The notes beneath the pieces were generated by a model. The model saw only the letters and a list, made by a program, of their open reading frames with translations. It was not told the DNA's origin and searched no databases. From assembly GCA_036244995.1 (NCBI GenBank), contig BTTF01000002.1:1-47980 (forward strand): 47,980 bases of DNA. Reading direction: 5' to 3'. This stretch comes from a bacterium (GTDB taxonomy: Bacteria; Nitrospirota; Thermodesulfovibrionia; Thermodesulfovibrionales; JdFR-85). The translations under genes and the position numbers were made by a program. Below, piece by piece: positions 44,688 to 47,980 of the stretch. Each line of letters opens with the position of its first letter. Within the stretch, counting starts at the first letter, position 1.

Positions 44688-46316
44688 ATGGCAATATTCG
44701 GACTCTTTGATATCGGAAAATCCGCCATCTTTGCAAGCCGGGCTGCCCTTGATGTAACGGCAAACAATATTGCCAACATCAATACCCCCGGCTTTTCACG
44801 CAAGGAGGCGATTCTCGAGATACAGACACCGGGAAGAACCAGGGCCGGGTTCATTGGACGGGGTGTTACAGTCGGGCACATAAGACGCCATTATGACAAC
44901 CTCCTGCAAAACCAGATACTCCTTCAGCAGCAAAATTTTGCCAGGTCGAACAGCCTCGGAAATGTATTCAGTCGGGTCGAAGAGGTATTTAATGAACAGC
45001 AGTCCCCAAAATTCTCCGGTTCCTTCAATGAATATATAAATGCCTGGCAGGAAGTAGCTGATAACCCTGAGGCCCTGCCACAACGCTCTGTACTTTTGCA
45101 GAAGGCAAAGGGGTTAATATCCATGGCAAAGGATATGGAACGCTCACTCAGGGAGACTGTAAAACAGACAAACAGCGAGATAGAAGATTCGGTTGACAGG
45201 ATAAACACTGTCACCGGCAAGATTGCATCCATGAACGGGATGATAACAGAAGTAGAGGCCGGTTCCTCTTATGAGGCAAGTGACCTGAGAGACAAACGGG
45301 ATATCCTGATGGGACAGTTGAGCGAACTGATCGGGTTCAACTCTTTTGAAGATGACTCCGGACGGGTTACCATAGTGATGGGGAGCAAAAACCTCGTTGA
45401 AGGAGAACGCTCTTTCCAACTTGCTTCTAAAGTAAACCCTGACGGCACCATAGACATAACGGCCGGCAATGACCGGGTTAATAATTACATCTCCAGAGGT
45501 GCCCTTTCAGGACTGCTTGCATCAAGAGAGGCGATTCAGGAAGGCCCGCTGAAGAATTTCAGGAGTCTTGTTGCCTCCATTATAAAGGAGACAAACCTGC
45601 AACACCGGCAGGGATATGATCTTGGAGGGTCAACTGACAAGGACTTCTTTGCCCCGCTTCAGTTGTCTACAAAGGACTACTCGGACGGGGCATCCGTAAG
45701 CTCTAAAACCATCTCCGACTTAAGCCAGCTGACACTCCACGAATACGAAATAAGGTTCAGCGATTCATCCACATACAGTGTAGTTGACCTTGCAACGGAT
45801 ACGACCGTCGTTCCCCCGACTACCTATACCTCCGGCAACACAATAGCATTTGACGGTATTGAGACGGTAGTAACAGATGATGCCGGCGGCCCCCGGGGAG
45901 GAGATAAATTCCTGATAACTCCCCTTGCGCTATCCGTAGAGAATTTTGCCCTCAATATATCTTCTGCTAAAGAGGTGGCAGCATCAACCTATGATTACAC
46001 CCTGCCGGGGGACAACAGAAACGCACTTGCCATGACCGACCTCTATCATAAGAATGTTTCAGATATAGGGAACAGTTTTAACGGTTACTACAGTACAATA
46101 GTAACCCTTGCCGGCACCATGAGCAGCACTGCACAGGACAGTACGGACTTTGAACAGAGCCTGCTTAATGAGCTGAATATGAGAAGGGAATCAGTATCGG
46201 GGGTTAACCTTGATGAAGAAGCTGCAAACCTCATCAGATACCAGAAGTCTTTTGAGGCAGGGGCAAAACTCATAAAGGTCACCGACGAACTGCTGAAGGT
46301 TATACTCAACTTATGA
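44688..46316 (+). CDS. flgK: flagellar hook-associated protein 1 FlgK
   Basis: 542-aa ORF with the N-terminus LDVTANNIANINTPGFSRK and the C-terminus SGVNLDEEAANLIRYQKSFEAGAK. Confidence 0.9.
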   Translation: MAIFGLFDIGKSAIFASRAALDVTANNIANINTPGFSRKEAILEIQTPGRTRAGFIGRGVTVGHIRRHYDNLLQNQILLQQQNFARSNSLGNVFSRVEEVFNEQQSPKFSGSFNEYINAWQEVADNPEALPQRSVLLQKAKGLISMAKDMERSLRETVKQTNSEIEDSVDRINTVTGKIASMNGMITEVEAGSSYEASDLRDKRDILMGQLSELIGFNSFEDDSGRVTIVMGSKNLVEGERSFQLASKVNPDGTIDITAGNDRVNNYISRGALSGLLASREAIQEGPLKNFRSLVASIIKETNLQHRQGYDLGGSTDKDFFAPLQLSTKDYSDGASVSSKTISDLSQLTLHEYEIRFSDSSTYSVVDLATDTTVVPPTTYTSGNTIAFDGIETVVTDDAGGPRGGDKFLITPLALSVENFALNISSAKEVAASTYDYTLPGDNRNALAMTDLYHKNVSDIGNSFNGYYSTIVTLAGTMSSTAQDSTDFEQSLLNELNMRRESVSGVNLDEEAANLIRYQKSFEAGAKLIKVTDELLKVILNL

Positions 46317-47386
46317 GGATTTCAAGCTTTACAGTATATGACCGGCTGACAAGGGCCTTGCAGGAGAACCTCAGAAGACTTTATGATGCCCAGGAATCCC
46401 TTGCCACCGGAAAGAAGATAAACAGGCCGTCTCAGGATATTGTCGGGGCCTCGAAGGCACTTGACTACAAGGTCAGCATTAAAGAAACTCAACAGGATAT
46501 AAAGAGCATAGAGGGAGTCACAGCTAATCTTGGAATCACCGGGGGAATCCTTGGAAATGCCACCAACGCCCTTTCAAGGTTAAAAGAGCTGTCTCTTTCG
46601 GCACTGAACGGAAGCATGAGCAGTGAGGATAGGGCGGCAACAGCAAAGGAGGTTAAAGAACTGAAGGAGCACCTGCTCAGTCTTGGAAACTCCTCATTTC
46701 AGGGCAAATACATCTTCAGCGGACTCCTGACGGACAGGATGGCTTTTGACCTCAACACTTATAATTACCAGGGGGATGAAAACAATCTGGAAATAAAGGT
46801 TGGGTCCAATGCAAGGGTAAAGGAAAATCTGACGGGAAATGAGGCGTTTGCCTATATTCAGTCATCCCACAAAGTAGTTACCCTTGAGGAGGGGACAAAA
46901 TATATTCACTACATCCCCGGACAGGTTATTGATGCAAGCTATCCCCCAAACAGGGTGATAATAGCCATTTCCACTACTGACGATAAGTCTGCTGTGGAGA
47001 CAGAGCTTCAGGGTGGCCCGCCGTATACTTCAGTAGAGGACACCTTTTATTTCGACAACATGATTCAGATGACCGGACAGTTGCAAAGCGCCCTTGAGAG
47101 CAATAATACCGACAGGATCAATGCAATACTGACCCCGATTGACGATTCTATCGGACAGGTCACAGATGCAAGGGCAGAGTTAGGGGCAAGAATAAACTTC
47201 ACAGAGACAGAGCACGGCAGACTGGATAATGCTGTTCTTGGTTTACGGACCCTCCTTTCCGGGACAGAGGATGCAGACCTTGCAGAGGTAATATCCGAAG
47301 TATCAAAAAACCAGGTAGCGCTTCAGGCATTAAGGAATACAGGGGCAAGGTTACTGAGCCAGTCCCTGCTGGATTTTCTGCAATGA
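46313..47386 (+). CDS. flgL: flagellar hook-associated protein 3 FlgL
   Basis: 357-aa ORF overlapping the flgK stop, with flagellin-like N- and C-terminal helices (LATGKKINRPSQD ... ARAELGARIN ... ALQALRNTGARLLSQSLLDFL). Confidence 0.85.
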   Translation: MRISSFTVYDRLTRALQENLRRLYDAQESLATGKKINRPSQDIVGASKALDYKVSIKETQQDIKSIEGVTANLGITGGILGNATNALSRLKELSLSALNGSMSSEDRAATAKEVKELKEHLLSLGNSSFQGKYIFSGLLTDRMAFDLNTYNYQGDENNLEIKVGSNARVKENLTGNEAFAYIQSSHKVVTLEEGTKYIHYIPGQVIDASYPPNRVIIAISTTDDKSAVETELQGGPPYTSVEDTFYFDNMIQMTGQLQSALESNNTDRINAILTPIDDSIGQVTDARAELGARINFTETEHGRLDNAVLGLRTLLSGTEDADLAEVISEVSKNQVALQALRNTGARLLSQSLLDFLQ

Positions 47387-47387
47387 C

Positions 47388-47576
47388 AAACCGGCAAATA
47401 AAAACAAGGTTTTTAAAAGGAACACACCCCTTAATCCCCTTTTTTTAGAGGGGAAAACAGGAAGCATGAACTCTCCCCTCTAAAAAGAGGGGGCAGGGTG
47501 TGTGTAAAGAGCGGGTTTTCATCTGGTTAACTGTTTGATATTGCAGACGAACATGTCTCTCTGAATAAATGCCGGG
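47388..47576 (+). repeat. 189-nt structured interspersed element, copy B
   Basis: It is the reverse complement of copy A (31726..31914) with 8 mismatches. It fills the flgL-csrA intergenic region. Confidence 0.85.
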
Positions 47577-47611
47577 TTGAATTAAATCTGTTGAAAGCAA
47601 GAGGAGGCAGG

Positions 47612-47842
47612 ATGCTGGTATTGACAAGGAAGTCAGACGAATCAATCCGCATTGGTGATGATATAATCATCAGGGTGGTGGAGGTAAAGGGAAATCAGGT
47701 AAGACTCGGGATAGAGGCACCAAGGCACTTCAGGATTTACAGGGAAGAACTATACCAGAAAATCTCCAGGGAAAACAGACTCTCTGCAATGGCAGGGCTG
47801 GATGCCTTTGGCAAACTAAAGGAGGTCTTCAGAAAATCGTGA
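47612..47842 (+). CDS. csrA: carbon storage / flagellar translational regulator CsrA
   Basis: GAGGAGG lies 5 nt before the ATG. MLVLTRKSDESIRIGDDIIIRVVEVKGNQVRLGIEAPRHFRIYREELY is canonical CsrA. Confidence 0.9.
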   Translation: MLVLTRKSDESIRIGDDIIIRVVEVKGNQVRLGIEAPRHFRIYREELYQKISRENRLSAMAGLDAFGKLKEVFRKS

Positions 47843-47948
47843 TCAGTTTTTCAACAACCAGATTGGGTGTAGCCATACAATAATGTATAAATTTCGTAAG
47901 TTATGATAGACTTTTCCGTAACAGAATAACCAATACGGAGGAATTGCA

Positions 47949-47980
47949 ATGGGAGCAGAGATTAAATCAGTGACTGGCGA
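47949..47980 (+). CDS. 5' end of an unidentified ORF (window edge)
   Basis: An ATG sits 7 nt after ACGGAGG. Only MGAEIKSVTG is visible. Synteny would allow fliW, but the sequence is too short to say. Confidence 0.3.
   Translation, partial: MGAEIKSVTG

Noticed and set aside
1-47980. CRISPR arrays, tRNA/rRNA genes, transposases, integrases, prophage or toxin-antitoxin/defence modules.
   Set aside because: I saw no spacer-repeat arrays, cloverleaf-like or rRNA-like segments, and no ORFs with recombinase, nuclease or toxin motifs (other than yraN) in any frame.

Overview
This is a 48 kb window (about 46-48% GC by eye) from a diderm, flagellated bacterium. The gene content suggests an anaerobic metal- or electrode-respiring lineage such as Desulfobacterota or Nitrospirota, but that is only a guess. 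All homology calls come from motif reading and memory, since no searches were possible.

There are three blocks.

(1) Positions 7-21330, all on the minus strand, hold a dense multiheme cytochrome locus:
- Four paralogous ~360-aa hexaheme cytochromes. Their motif series (CxxCHTMHNS ... GHNV ... WLRHPT ... CLSCHRAHGSP ... C-terminal CxxCHT) matches what I recall of the Geobacter nanowire cytochrome OmcS.
- 8-, 16-, 19- and 26-heme cytochromes.
- An NHL beta-propeller and a lipoprotein YVTN beta-propeller.
- A 757-aa outer-membrane beta-barrel with an inserted discoidin-like domain.
- Three consecutive lipoproteins that together carry four copies of one alpha/beta module.
- A lipoprotein with two parvulin (PPIase) domains.

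I read this block as an OmcS-type cytochrome-filament production and export system with its full companion gene set. It is the most interesting feature of the window.

(2) Positions 21370-37493 hold housekeeping genes: yraN, hisD, a hypothetical gene divergent from a RACo-like ASKHA reductive activase, a PilZ gene, and the minus-strand run pheA-hisC-DAHP synthase-tyrA-aroA-cmk-plsC-ispH-rpsA-sppA-ihfB.

(3) Positions 37757-47980 hold an HDOD gene and a plus-strand flagellar cluster, flgF-G-A-H-I-J'-M-N-K-L followed by csrA. It has a near-consensus sigma-28 promoter before flgM and a sigma-54 promoter before flgF.

Two ~96% identical copies of a 189-nt highly structured element sit in inverted orientation, one between aroA and cmk and one between flgL and csrA. 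I recognised no rRNA, tRNA, CRISPR array, transposase or integrase.
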